In this document: positions 1 to 20,325 of the stretch, in pieces | Numbering within the stretch: position 1 is the stretch's first letter | Layout: each line of letters opens with the position of its first letter | NCBI GenBank assembly: GCA_002269645.1 | Contig: NIVC01001087.1 | Coordinates: 62,001 to 126,000 of the forward strand | Direction of reading: 5' to 3' | DNA length: 64,000 nucleotides | Origin: Macrostomum lignano | Lineage: Eukaryota | The notes under the pieces: model-generated | What the model was told of the DNA's origin: nothing | The model's input: only the letters and a program-made list of their open reading frames with translations | The model's database searches: none | Program-made: the position numbers and the translations under genes

Positions 1-3000
1 AGATCCCACACAGAGGTTAGAGAGGCAGATCACACGCAGAGATAGAGAGGCAGATCACACACAGAGGTTAGAGAGGCAGATCACACGCAGAGATAGAGAG
101 GCAGATCACACACAGAGATAGAGAAGCAGATCACACACAGAGATTAGAGAAGCAGATCACACAGAGATAGAGAGGCAGATCACACACAGAGATTAGAGAA
201 GCAGATCACACAGAGATTAGAAAAGCAGATCACACACAGAGATAGAGAAGCAGATCACACACAGAGATTAGAGAAGCAGATCACACAGAGATAGAGAGGC
301 AGATCACACACAGAGATAGAGAAGCAGATCACATACAGAGATAGAGAGGCAGATCACACACAGAGATAGAGAAGCAGATCACATACAGAGATAGAGAGGC
401 AGATCACACACAGAGATAGAGAAGCAGATCACACACAGAGATAGAGAAGCAGATCACACAGAGATTAGAGAAGCAGATCACACAGAGATTAGAAAAGCAG
501 ATCACACACAGAGATAGAGAAGCAGATCACACACAGAGATTAGAGAAGCAGATCACACAGAGATAGAGAGGCAGATCACATACAGAGATTAGAGAAGCAG
601 ATCACACAGAGATAGAGAGGCAGATCACACACAGAGATAGAGAGGCAGATCACACACAGAGATAGAGAAGCAGATCACACAGAGATAGAGAGGCAGATCA
701 CACACAGAGATAGAGAGGCAGATCACACACAGAGATAGAGAGGCAGATCACACAGAGATAGAGAGGCAGATCACACACAGAGATAGAGAAGCAGATCACA
801 CACAGAGATAGAGAAGCAGATCACACAGAGATAGAGAGGCAGATCACACACAGAGATAGAGAGGCAGATCACACACAGAGATAGAGAGGCAGATCACACA
901 GAGATAGAGAGGCAGATCACACACAGAGATAGAGAAGCAGATCACACAGAGATAGAGAAGCAGATCACACAGAGATAGAGAGGCAGATCACACACAGAGA
1001 TAGAGAAGCAGATCACACAGAGATAGAGAAGCAGATCACACAGAGATAGAGAGGCAGATCACACAGAGATTAGAGAGATAGAGAGGCAGATCACATACAG
1101 AGATAGAGAGGCAGATCACACAGAGATTAGAGAGATAGAGAGGCAGATCACATACAGAGATAGAGAGGCAGATCACATACAGAGATAGAGAAGCAGATCA
1201 CACAGAGATAGAGAGGCAGATCACACACAGAGATAGAGAAGCAGATCACACAGAGATAGAGAGGCAGATCACACAGAGATTAGAGAGATAGAGAGGCAGA
1301 TCACATACAGAGATAGAGAGGCAGATCACACACAGAGATAGAGAAGCAGATCACACACAGAGATAGAGAAGCAGATCACACACAGAGATTAGAGAAGCAG
1401 ATCACACAGAGATTAGAAAAGCAGATCACACACAGAGATAGAGAAGCAGATCACACACAGAGATTAGAGAAGCAGATCACACAGAGATAGAGAGGCAGAT
1501 CACACACAGAGATAGAGAAGCAGATCACATACAGAGATAGAGAGGCAGATCACACACAGAGATAGGGAGGCAGATCACACACAGAGATAGAGAAGCAGAT
1601 CACATACAGAGATAGAGAGGCAGATCACACACAGAGATAGAGAAGCAGATCACACACAGAGATAGAGAAGCAGATCACACAGAGATTAGAGAAGCAGATC
1701 ACACAGAGATTAGAAAAGCAGATCACACACAGAGATAGAGAAGCAGATCACACACAGAGATTAGAGAAGCAGATCACACAGAGATAGAGAGGCAGATCAC
1801 ATACAGAGATTAGAGAAGCAGATCACACAGAGATAGAGAGGCAGATCACATACAGAGATAGAGAGGCAGATCACACACAGAGATAGAGAGGCAGATCACA
1901 CACAGAGATAGAGAAGCAGATCACATACAGAGATAGAGAGGCAGATCACACACAGAGATAGAGAAGCAGATCACACACAGAGATAGAGAAGCAGATCACA
2001 CAGAGATTAGAGAAGCAGATCACACAGAGATTAGAAAAGCAGATCACACACAGAGATAGAGAAGCAGATCACACACAGAGATTAGAGAAGCAGATCACAC
2101 AGAGATAGAGAGGCAGATCACACACAGAGATAGAGAAGCAGATCACATACAGAGATAGAGAGGCAGATCACACACAGAGATAGAGAAGCAGATCACATAC
2201 AGAGATAGAGAGGCAGATCACACACAGAGATAGAGAAGCAGATCACACACAGAGATAGAGAAGCAGATCACACAGAGATTAGAGAAGCAGATCACACAGA
2301 GATTAGAAAAGCAGATCACACACAGAGATAGAGAAGCAGATCACACACAGAGATTAGAGAAGCAGATCACACAGAGATAGAGAGGCAGATCACATACAGA
2401 GATTAGAGAAGCAGATCACACAGAGATAGAGAGGCAGATCACACACAGAGATAGAGAGGCAGATCACACACAGAGATAGAGAAGCAGATCACACAGAGAT
2501 AGAGAGGCAGATCACACACAGAGATAGAGAGGCAGATCACACACAGAGATAGAGAGGCAGATCACACAGAGATAGAGAGGCAGATCACACACAGAGATAG
2601 AGAAGCAGATCACACACAGAGATAGAGAAGCAGATCACACAGAGATAGAGAGGCAGATCACACACAGAGATAGAGAGGCAGATCACACACAGAGATAGAG
2701 AGGCAGATCACACAGAGATAGAGAGGCAGATCACACACAGAGATAGAGAAGCAGATCACACAGAGATAGAGAAGCAGATCACACAGAGATAGAGAGGCAG
2801 ATCACACACAGAGATAGAGAAGCAGATCACACAGAGATAGAGAAGCAGATCACACAGAGATAGAGAGGCAGATCACACAGAGATTAGAGAGATAGAGAGG
2901 CAGATCACATACAGAGATAGAGAGGCAGATCACACAGAGATTAGAGAGATAGAGAGGCAGATCACATACAGAGATAGAGAGGCAGATCACATACAGAGAT

Positions 3001-4575
3001 AGAGAAGCAGATCACACAGAGATAGAGAGGCAGATCACACACAGAGATAGAGAAGCAGATCACACAGAGATAGAGAGGCAGATCACACAGAGATTAGAGA
3101 GATAGAGAGGCAGATCACATACAGAGATAGAGAGGCAGATCACACACAGAGATAGAGAAGCAGATCACACACAGAGATAGAGAAGCAGATCACACACAGA
3201 GATTAGAGAAGCAGATCACACAGAGATTAGAAAAGCAGATCACACACAGAGATAGAGAAGCAGATCACACACAGAGATTAGAGAAGCAGATCACACAGAG
3301 ATAGAGAGGCAGATCACACACAGAGATAGAGAAGCAGATCACATACAGAGATAGAGAGGCAGATCACACACAGAGATAGAGAGGCAGATCACACACAGAG
3401 ATAGAGAAGCAGATCACATACAGAGATAGAGAGGCAGATCACACACAGAGATAGAGAAGCAGATCACACAGAGATAGAGAAGCAGATCACACAGAGATTA
3501 GAGAAGCAGATCACACAGAGATTAGAAAAGCAGATCACACACAGAGATAGAGAAGCAGATCACACACAGAGATTAGAGAAGCAGATCACACAGAGATAGA
3601 GAGGCAGATCACATACAGAGATTAGAGAAGCAGATCACACAGAGATAGAGAGGCAGATCACATACAGAGATAGAGAGGCAGATCACACACAGAGATAGAG
3701 AGGCAGATCACACACAGAGATAGAGAAGCAGATCACATACAGAGATAGAGAGGCAGATCACACACAGAGATAGAGAAGCAGATCACACACAGAGATAGAG
3801 AAGCAGATCACACAGAGATTAGAGAAGCAGATCACACAGAGATTAGAAAAGCAGATCACACACAGAGATAGAGAAGCAGATCACACACAGAGATTAGAGA
3901 AGCAGATCACACAGAGATAGAGAGGCAGATCACACAGAGATTAGAGAGATAGAGAGGCAGATCACATACAGAGATAGAGAGGCAGATCACACAGAGATTA
4001 GAGAGATAGAGAGGCAGATCACATACAGAGATAGAGAGGCAGATCACATACAGAGATAGAGAAGCAGATCACACAGAGATAGAGAGGCAGATCACACACA
4101 GAGATAGAGAAGCAGATCACACAGAGATAGAGAGGCAGATCACACAGAGATTAGAGAGATAGAGAGGCAGATCACATACAGAGATAGAGAGGCAGATCAC
4201 ACAGAGATTAGAGAGATAGAGAGGCAGATCACATACAGAGATAGAGAGGCAGATCACATACAGAGATAGAGAAGCAGATCACACAGAGATAGAGAGGCAG
4301 ATCACATACAGAGATAGAGAAGCAGATCACACAGAGACAGAGAGGCAGATCACACACAGAGATAGAGAAGCAGATCACACAGAGATAGAAGCAGATCACA
4401 CAGAGATAGAGAGGCAGATCACACAGAGATTAGAGAGATAGAGAGGCAGATCACATACAGAGATAGAGAGGCAGATCACACAGAGATTAGAGAGATAGAG
4501 AGGCAGATCACATACAGAGATAGAGAGGCAGATCACATGCAGAGATAGAGAGGCAGATCACACAGAGATAGACAG
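1..4575. repeat. Intronic minisatellite, 23-25 bp unit (AGATCACAC(AC)AGAGATAGAGARGC), with a ~1814-bp higher-order duplication
   Basis: Continuous tandem array read directly; the rare variant GATTAGAAAA recurs at 215/2029, 487/2301 and 1411/3225 (offset 1814). Confidence 0.97.
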
Positions 4576-4618
4576 AATATCTTTGGCATCGAATACAAAT
4601 GCTGCCAAACTCCTTCAG

Positions 4619-11300
<6,682 letters not shown>

Positions 11301-12437
11301 ATGAACTGGCTTCACTGGGCATCTGTTTGAAACAATATTGATGTCGTTTTTACACAATTTACATTGACTAGCTTCACATACATTCATTCATAGCGTTTAT
11401 CTGCGTTTTGAAGGCTTGAAGAGTGCAGTATTGAAGGGGGGGGGGTGCTTCGAGTTAAGCTGAGTTGACCGCGGTTAGATACTATATGTAAGTGCTGTAT
11501 GTGCTCAGAGTCCGCGGATTGGGGCAGAATTTCCACAGCGCTGGTGTGTCACAATGTCGACGAAGACATTGCACCCGAGTGTCCACCGCCCGAATTAACA
11601 TTACTACAAGTATAATTAAGCAGTCGCTTTAGGCTGCTATGTTAGCTGCCGTAGATATACAAGATAGGAGCTGCGATCCCTCACATGGCGAGCACTGTAC
11701 GACCCGGAATATATCAGGCCTGCTTATCGGTACTTAAAGTAGAGTAGTTTGCGTGTTGTCGTATTTTCGTCGTTTTCCCGATAAGAATTATAGTAGCTAG
11801 TAAAAGTAATTTTAGTGTCTCGTATAGCTGTTAATTAGAAGAAGTTGCAACTTTTGTATTTTTATCAATCCTTGTGTCTACAGCGGTAATTGACAGTTGC
11901 AGTAGAAGGATTTTCTTAGAAATGAGACTGAAGCCTGTAAGGAACGTCATATTTGTCGTGTCGCTGGTGTATTTAGTATGCTCTAATAGAGAACGCTGTC
12001 TAGCTAGGGTTTAGCCATAGACGATTTCAGTCGAGAAAAAATCTGATAGTTGGTTTCTCTGGCCAAAATATGTCTATGGCCACTCGTGCGTGAAGGACAT
12101 CGCATTCATTTCTAAGAAAATCCACGGCTGAAGCATGCTTGTACTGCAGCTGTCTATGCAGACAGTATACCTGAAGACTTTAACAATAATCAATGTTGTT
12201 TTCATTTCGAAGTAGATGAACCTCAATATTTACTAGTTTTCTTCTCTGTACTTATGTATTCCCACTAGCTGTTAAAACACTTGCATTGTTGAGATTTAGT
12301 TTAATCTTGTTGGGTAATTATTGACGCCGGCTACTCTTCAAAATATATCATAATGTGATTTTTTATTTGATCGATCTTTAGTATCAAATTCACAGTTGTC
12401 TTTATTTTTATTATAATTAATACTTAAGACTTACCTT

Positions 12438-12460
12438 ATTAAAAGTTACTACTCATTAAA
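12438..12460 (+). terminator. Candidate PKC polyadenylation signals (ATTAAA x2)
   Basis: ATTAAA at 12438 and 12455, closing ~1.1 kb of unique AT-rich sequence after the stop and followed by a T-rich stretch. Confidence 0.4.
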
Positions 12461-12639
12461 AATATTGCCGATGAACTATACTCTGTAGTTACTCTGTAGT
12501 TAGTAACTCGTAGGAATTGTTTTAGAAAAAAATTATAAATCAAAATCTGTTATAGTATTTATAGTAGTGTGGGATTGTGAAAATGATAAATAGCAGGAAA
12601 CGTCAATAGATAGGAGTGTGATGGTGGGTAATGCTAAGG

Positions 12640-13495
12640 AATCAGGGAGGCTGATGAGGAATCGGGGAGGCTGAAGAGGAATCAGGGAGGCTGATGAGGA
12701 ATTTGGGAGGGCAATGATTAATCAATGAGGCTGATGAGGAATCGGGGAGGCTGAAGAGGAATCAGGGAGGCTGATGAGGAATTTGGGAGGGCAATGATTA
12801 ATCAATGAGGCTGATGAGGAATCAGGGAGGCTAATTAAGGATCAGGGAGGCTGAGGAGGAATCAGGGAGGCTGAGGAAGAGTCAACGAGGTTGGGGAAGA
12901 GTCAAGGAGGCTGAGGAGGAGTCAGGGAGGCTGATGAGGAGTCAGGTAGGCTGATGAGGAGTCAGGGAGGCTGATGAGGAGTCAGGGAGGCTGATGAGGA
13001 GTCAGGTAGGCTGATGAGGAATCAGGAAGGCTGATTGGGGATCAGGGAGGCTGATGAGGAGTCAGGGAGGCTGATGAGGAATCATGAAGGCTGATGAGGA
13101 ATCAGGGAGGCTGATGAGGAGTCAGGTAGGCTGATGAGGAATCAGGAAGGCTGATTGGGGATCAGGGAGGCTGATGAGGAATCAGGGAGGCTGATTAGGG
13201 ATCAGGGAGGCTGATAGGAATCAGGGAGGCTGATTAGGGATCAGGGAGGCTGATAGGAATCAGGGAGGCTGATGAGGAGTCAGGGAGGCTGATGAGGAAT
13301 CAGGAAGGCTGATTGGGGATCAGGGAGGCTGATGAGGAATCATGAAGGCTGATGAGGAATCAGGAAGGCTGATTGGGGATCAGGGAGGCTGATGAGGAGT
13401 CAGGGAGGCTGATGAGGAATCATGAAGGCTGATGAGGAATCAGGGAGGCTGATGAGGAATCAGGGAGGCTGATGAGGAATCATGAAGGCTGAGGA
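12640..13495. repeat. 20-bp minisatellite GAGGAATCAGGGAGGCTGAT
   Basis: Read directly. Confidence 0.95.
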
Positions 13496-14409
13496 AGTGT
13501 GACGGGACAGCGATGACATGTATAAAAGCTTGAATATTAATGCCAGCAATGGAGCAAGATCAAGCAACACTTTTAGTTTCAAAAACAGACCGAGCTCAGT
13601 CTCCAGCTTGCATAACACATCGCAGCTGAACTAACTATCAAGAATCAAGGATGCAAGTTGTCAGAACCAACCCTAATAGAAACAGGGAGCCGGGGCACTC
13701 AGCTCATCCGCGGAGCTGTGGCGGATAACCCAGCCTAATTGAATATCCTCATCGCGCAATCATCCAGAACCCTTAATAGCCCCTCGGCAACGCGTGTTGA
13801 TGAAGTATTAAATAAATTTTGCAAAGAAAAAATCGCTTTAAAAGGCCATTATCAGCTCAGCCTGTGTTGTCAACGCTGGATGGCCCGTGAGATGAGAGGA
13901 GAGAAATGACTTTTTAACTAAATGCTGTTTCACATGGCGGCTCCCTCCGCTGCGTCCCAGCATCCCCGACGCCCATCAGCCTGGTTCCCCCCGCCCCCGA
14001 TCAATGCTAACCAGTTTATCTCTCTGTGGCCGGCAATTTTCATTTTTAACGTGTCATTCGAGATTACATCGAAATGGCTAGCGGCGCTTGGCTGAAGAAA
14101 CGGTTTTATAATTTCATTATTGGAAAGAGGGTTTTGAGGGGGGGGGGGCGGGGTTTCTGGCGGCCCTGCACCCTGTTACTATAATATACCGCTCATCTTC
14201 TTAACACTGATTATTCTCTTCTACCCCACGGTCATGGCCAAGGACCCTTGGAACTGAAGCATTGGACTGGGCGGGAAGATGTCCTAAATTTATAAATTGA
14301 AAAGGTGCTCCGTTCCAAATGAAATTTTGGCAGAACCTTTTTGATGAAATGTAATAAAGTTACCAATAGAGGTTTTGGAAAGTGTCCATGTGTTTTTGAC
14401 GTGCGGTGT

Positions 14410-15180
14410 TGAGGTGTCAAGATAGGATAGAGATGTCAAGAACAGAATCGAGGTGTCAGGGGCGAAATCGAGGTGTCAGGAACAGAATCGAGGTGTCAGG
14501 GGCGAAATCGAGGTGTCAGGAACAGAATCGAGGTGTCAGGGGCGAAATCGAGGTGTCAGGGGCGAAATCGAGGTGTCAGGAACAGAATCAAGGTGTCAGG
14601 GGCGAAATCGAGGTGTCAGGAACAGAATCAAGGTGTCAGGAACAGAATCGAGGTGTCAAGGGCGAAATCGAGGTGTCAGGGGCGAAATCGAAGTGTCAGG
14701 GGCAGAATCGAGATGTCAGGGGCGGAATCGAGATGTCAGGGGCGGAATCGAGGTGTCAGGGGCGGAATCGAGGTGTCAGGGGCGAAATCGAGGTGTCAAG
14801 ATAGGATAGAGATGTCAGGAACAGAATCGAGGTGTCAGGAACAGAATCGAGGTGTCAGGAACAGAATCGAGGTGTCAGGAACAGAATCGAGGTGTCAGGA
14901 ACAGAATCGAGGTGTCAGGAACAGAATCGAGGTGTCAGGAACAGAATCGAGGTGTCAGGAACAGAATCGAGGTGTCAGGAACAGAATCGAGGTGTCAGGA
15001 ACAGAATCGAGGTGTCAGGAACAGAATCGAGGTGTCAGGAGCGAAATCGAGGTGTCAGGGGCGGAATCGAGGTGTCAGGAACAGAATCGAGGTGTCAGGG
15101 GCGGAATCGAGGTGTCAGCGGCGAAATCGAGGTGTCAGGAGCGGAATCCAGATGTCAGGAACAAAATCGAGGTGTCAGAA
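14410..15180. repeat. 20-bp minisatellite GAATCGAGGTGTCAGGRRCR
   Basis: Read directly; explains ORFs 14406-15286. Confidence 0.95.
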
Positions 15181-15589
15181 GGTGTATTTTTGCATAAACT
15201 ACTTTATCCCTCCAGTGAGGGCTTCCAATCCACGAAGGAGACCTCCGAGGGGTCCCTGGCCAATGGCTTATAGCCCCCAACCCTAGGGCGGTCTTTCAGT
15301 TAATCTCCCCAAGCTCTCCGCCTCCATCTTAATGTTGATGGGGGCCCAGGCCTCAGATCGTTCAATTCACTCAAATTCAATGGAGAGTTAATTTCTCACC
15401 CATAAGCTGCCGCTTGCCGGCCACGTCAAATTCTATCTGTTCTATAAAAGATGTTTTGAGAGCTATTAAATTGCTTTTGGTAATCCATCATTGAATGACA
15501 ATTCCCATGATTCTGGATTATGGACTGCTAGTCTTCTTTTCTCTTGAACTTCATCTCATTATCTTTGACCATTTCTTTAATGTGTTCTT

Positions 15590-16405
15590 TTGTTTTCTGT
15601 CTGTTTTCTGTCTGCTTCTGTCTGTTTCTGTCTGCTTCTGTCTGTTTCTGTCTGTTTTCTGTCTGTTTCTGTTTGTTTCTGTCTGTTTTCTGTCTGCTTC
15701 TGTCTGTTTCTGTCTGTTTCTGTCTGTTTTCTGTCTGCTTCTGTCTGTTTCTGTCTGTTTTCTGTCTGCTTCTGTCTGTTTCTGTCTGTTTCTGTCTGTT
15801 TCTGTCTGCTTCTGTCTGTTTCTGTCTGTTTTCTGTCTGCTTCTGTCTGTTTCTGTCTGTTTTCTGTCTGTTTCTGTTTGTTTCTGTCTGTTTTCTGTCT
15901 GCTTCTGTCTGTTTCTGTCTGTTTCTGTCTGTTTTCTGTCTGCTTCTGTCTGTTTCTGTCTGTTTTCTGTCTGCTTCTGTCTGTTTCTGTCTGTTTTTTG
16001 TCTGTTTCTGTCTGTTTCTGTCTGTTTTCTGTCTGTTTCTGTCTGTTTCTGTCTGTTTTCTGTCTGCTTCTGTCTGTTTCTGTCTGTTTTCTGTCTGCTT
16101 CTGTCTGTTTCTGTCTGTTTCTGTCTGTTTCTGTCTGCTTCTGTCTGTTTCTGTCTGTTTTCTGTCTGCTTCTGTCTGTTTCTGTCTGTTTTCTGTCTGC
16201 TTCTGTCTGTTTCTGTCTGTTTCTGTCTGTTTTCTGTCTGCTTCTGTCTGTTTCTGTCTGTTTTCTGTCTGCTTCTGTCTGTTTCTGTCTGTTTTCTGTC
16301 TGTTTCTGTCTGTTTCTTTCTGTTTTCTGTCTGTTTCTGTCTGTTTCTGTCTGTTCTTTCTGTTTCTGTCTGTTACTGTCTGTTTCTGTCTGTTTTCTGT
16401 CTGTG
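15590..16405. repeat. (TCTGTCTGTT)n-type microsatellite
   Basis: Read directly. Confidence 0.95.
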
Positions 16406-16678
16406 AGTGGAGAGAATGTACAGAAAACATATTATTTTCAATAAACACACTTAAATAGACATGTATTAGTGTTATCGACTGAAATGAACCATGTTGAGCA
16501 GAGTTAAATCTGACCCAGTAATCAATATACAATATACAATATAATTGAAGCCTTAATAGTAGATATAGGAGCATTTTTGGTGCCATTTAGTACAATTTTA
16601 GAAGCGTACAAAATTTCTGCGAAGTTGTAAATGACTAAGAACACACAAAATTTAAATTCGGCTTGCTCAAAGACCAGT

Positions 16679-19600
16679 TTATTCCTCATCAAGGCCGCAG
16701 CCGTCATGGGCGTTTTGCCCATCCTCGCCAGCGCTGTCCTCTCCGCCAGCGCTGTCATCGTCTTGCAGACTTCCGTCGACAACTTCCGACCAACTTGTCG
16801 GCATTGGCGGCGGCGGCGGCGGCTGCTGCTGCGGATTGACGGAGGCCGCAGCGGCGGCCGCGGCGGCGGCTTGGATGCCCAACAGGTAGCGGCTGGCAGC
16901 CTGGCGTTCTGCCTCGCGCTCCTCAGTGGTCTGCCGTCTGTGGCCGGACGGTGAGGGAGAGGGAGAGCGGTGTGAGGAAGAGGGAGAGCGGTGTGAGGGA
17001 GAGGGAGAGCGGTGTGAGGAAGAGGGAGAGCGGTGTGAGGGAGAGGGAGAGCGGTGTGAGGGAGAGGGAGAGCGGTGTGAGGAAGAGGGAGAGCGGTGAG
17101 AGGGAGAGGGAGAGCGGTGTGAGGGAGAGGGAGAGCGGTGTGAGGGAGAGGGAGAGCGGTGAGAGGGAGAGGGAGAGCGGTGTGAGGGAGAGGGAGAGCG
17201 GTGTGAGGAAGAGGGAGAGCGGTGAGAGGGATAGGGAGAGCGGTGTGAGGAAGAGGGAGAGCGGTGTGAGGGAGAGGGAGAGCGGTGTGAGGGAGAGGGA
17301 GAGCGGTGAGAGGGAGAGGGAGAGCGGTGAGAGGGAGAGGGAGAGCGGTGAGAGGGAGAGGGAGAGCGGTGAGAGGGAGAGGGAGAGCGGTGTGAGGGAT
17401 AGGGAGAGCGGTGTGAGGGAGAGGGAGAGCGGTGAGAGGGAGAGGGAGAGCGGTGTGAGGAAGAGGGAGAGCGGTGTGAGGGAGAGGGAGAGCGGTGTGA
17501 GGGAGAGGGAGAGCGGTGTGAGGGAGAGGGAGAGCGGTGAGAGGGAGAGGGAGAGCGGTGAGAGGGAGAGGGAGAGCGGTGTGAGGGATAGGGAGAGCGG
17601 TGTGAGGGATAGGGAGAGCGGTGTGAGGAAGAGGGAGAGCGGTGTGAGGGAGAGGGAGAGCGGTGTGAGGGAGAGGGAGAGCGGTGAGAGGGAGAGGGAG
17701 AGCGGTGTGAGGGAGAGGGAGAGCGGTGTGAGGGAGAGGGAGAGCGGTGTGAGGGAGAGGGAGAGCGGTGAGAGGGAGGGGGAGAGCGGTGAGAGGGAGA
17801 GGGAGAGCGGTGAGAGGGAGAGGGAGAGCGGTGTGAGGGAGAGGGAGAGCGGTGTGAGGGAGAGGGAGAGCGGTGAGAGGGAGGGGGAGAGCGGTGAGAG
17901 GTAGGGGGAGAGCGGTGAGGGACAGCAGCCAGCAAGCAGTCATGTGAATTCTGCTGATCACTGATCACGCATGCACTCGGTTACTGTACGCAGGCACACG
18001 ATCACACAGGGTGCACAGTGGTCCTGACTTTCACAACGCCAGACATGTACACTCGCTGTGAATCGCAAGACAATCGCAATGGTTGCGGGAGAGTCAGAGA
18101 TACGTTCCCCTTGGACAATATTTTATTATCCAGATTTCAGTCGAGAAAGATTCAACTCACCGCCATTTAGTCCGGCGATTTTGAAACCAAGTTTTCACCT
18201 GCGCGTCAGTCATTTTGAGGCCTTTGGCCAGGGTGGCCCGTTCAGACGAAGCCAAATATTTTTGCTGATGAAATCGCTTTTCAAGCTCCATCACCTGCAA
18301 TTAGGGTATTTGCATGTACAATTGTTTATATTTTAACATATAGGACTAGTAATTTTGCCACCCACCCACGGGGAGAGATAAGAGAGCGTATGTCTACAAT
18401 GGGGTTACCTGAAATCTGGAGAACGATGTACGGGGCTTCTTTCGCTTCGGCGGTGACCGATTTTGATAGGGATGACCGATTCGTCTGGGATCTGAAAAGA
18501 TTTTTATTGATTTTTTTCGGGAAAATTTAGTAGCGAAAACAGCAAATCAACAACAGCAACAACATCATCAGCAACAGCAACAACATCATCAGCAACAGCA
18601 ACAACATCATCAGCAACAGCAACAACATCATCAACAACAGCAACAACATCATCAGCAACAGCAACAACATCATCAGCAACAGCAACAACATAATCAACAA
18701 CAGCAACAACATCATCAGCAACAGCAACAACATCATCAGCAACAGCAACAACATCATCAGCAACAGCAACAACATCATCGACAACAGCAACATCATCAAC
18801 AACAGCAACAACATCATCAACAACAGCAACAACATCATCAGCAACAGCAACAACATCATCAGCAACAGCAACAACATCATCAGCAACAGCAACAACATCA
18901 TCAGCAACAGCAACAACATCATCGACAACAGCAACAACATCATCAGCAACAGCAACAACATCATCGACAACAGCAACAAAATCATCAGCAACAGCAACAA
19001 CATCATCGACAACAGCAACAACATCAATAGCAGCAAGATCATCAACAATAAACAAAATCATCACCAACGACAACATAATCAACAACAGCAGCAAAAACAT
19101 CATCAACAACGGCAACATCATCAACAACATCATCACCAACGACAACATAATCAACAACAGCAGCAACAACATCAACAACAACATCATCACCAACGACAAC
19201 ATAAATCAACAACAGCAGCAACATCATCAACAACAACATCATCACCAACGACAACATAATCAACAACAGCAGCAACATCATCAACAACAACATCATCACC
19301 AACGACAACATAATCAACAACAGCAGCTGCAACAACATCAACAGCAAATTGCACGCGTAACTGCATAAATTAGACACATGACACGAAATGAAGTTAGAGA
19401 ATGATTTAATAATACGAGGACTTTCTTACACAGCAGGCGTTCCTTACGCAGAGCCTCCAGCCACTGGGCCTGCAAGCCAGACAGACTGGGCTGCTGTTGC
19501 TGCGACTGCGGAGGCGGTCGCGGAGGCGGTGGAGGCGGCGGTGGTGGCTGCTGCTGCAGCTGCTGCTGCGGTGTCGCTTGACCTGAAGGCTGCTGCTGCT

Positions 19601-19859
19601 GCTGCCTGAGCAGACTCCAGATAAACAGATTAGCAGCTCCAAAATCTCCAGATGGCATCAGGGGCCCTACAGCCGCGGCGCAAGGATTGTAGAACAGCCG
19701 GTGGTGATTGTGCAACGGCAGGTGCTGCTGCACAGGCAACTGCGCTGACTCGACATCGTCCTCATTATTATTTTTGTTATTGTTGCTGTTGCCAAGCAAT
19801 TGATCGATTCGAAATCCATTGGACTTGGTAGTCCCCGAGCTTGCTGCCATTTGGGACAT
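16679..19859 (-). CDS. TLX: Tlx/Hox11 (NK-class) homeobox transcription factor, 4 coding exons, ~301 aa
   Basis: Exons 19859-19430, 18491-18409, 18294-18161, 16937-16679, GT-AG and phase-consistent. Motifs: eh1-like [33 protein letters not shown], homeodomain [45 protein letters not shown], and the Tlx-diagnostic extension [12 protein letters not shown]. Confidence 0.96.
16951..17915. repeat. 21-bp minisatellite GAGGGAGAGGGAGAGCGGTGT in Tlx intron 3
   Basis: Read directly. Confidence 0.96.
18540..19340. repeat. Triplet-phased 21-bp repeat CAACAGCAACAACATCATCAG in Tlx intron 1
   Basis: Read directly; stop-free in several frames. Confidence 0.95.
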
Positions 19860-20182
19860 GTTTTTAGTATTTTCTAAGATACTAAGATCTAAGATCTCTT
19901 TGTGTGGATATTTTTTAAAGGATTTGTTTGTTTTCGTTGGTGACTATTCAGACTTGTCCGGAGTATATAAGTAAGCTAAGCCCAGTTCTTCCGGTGCGGC
20001 AGGATCCCAGTGGGAGAGGTTGGGGATGGGAGTCTGCGGCACCGATTCCCCATTCGGGCAGCCAATCCGATTCAATCTGTGAACTCGCTCCCCTCCCGCT
20101 ATTCTACCCCTCATTAGGGGGGGGACAGCCAGGGACACTTCGAACCAGAATTGGGTGTGCCAACTCTTTAGGGGTTGTTGGT

Positions 20183-20325
20183 CCCCTTGCTGCTCATGGC
20201 GTCCCTTTGGTGCTCATGGCGCCCCTTTGGTGCTCATGGCGCCCATTGGTTGCTCATGGCGCCCATTGGTGCTCATGGCGCCCCTTTGGTGCTCATGGCG
20301 CCCATTGGTGCTCATGGCGCCCCTT
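20183..20325. repeat. Short ~19-20-bp array GGTGCTCATGGCGCCCATT
   Basis: About 7 copies upstream of Tlx. Confidence 0.85.

Noticed and set aside
11301-14400. Possible alternative PKC terminal exon (betaII/alpha-type V5)
   Set aside because: No second LTP...F..FSY exon found by eye; a six-frame search would settle it.
14406-17968. Repeat-peptide ORFs (SRCQEQNRGV, VCFCLFL, HRSPSPS, RERESGV) and the + strand ORF 16631..16954
   Set aside because: Minisatellite artefacts, or the antisense of the Tlx last exon.
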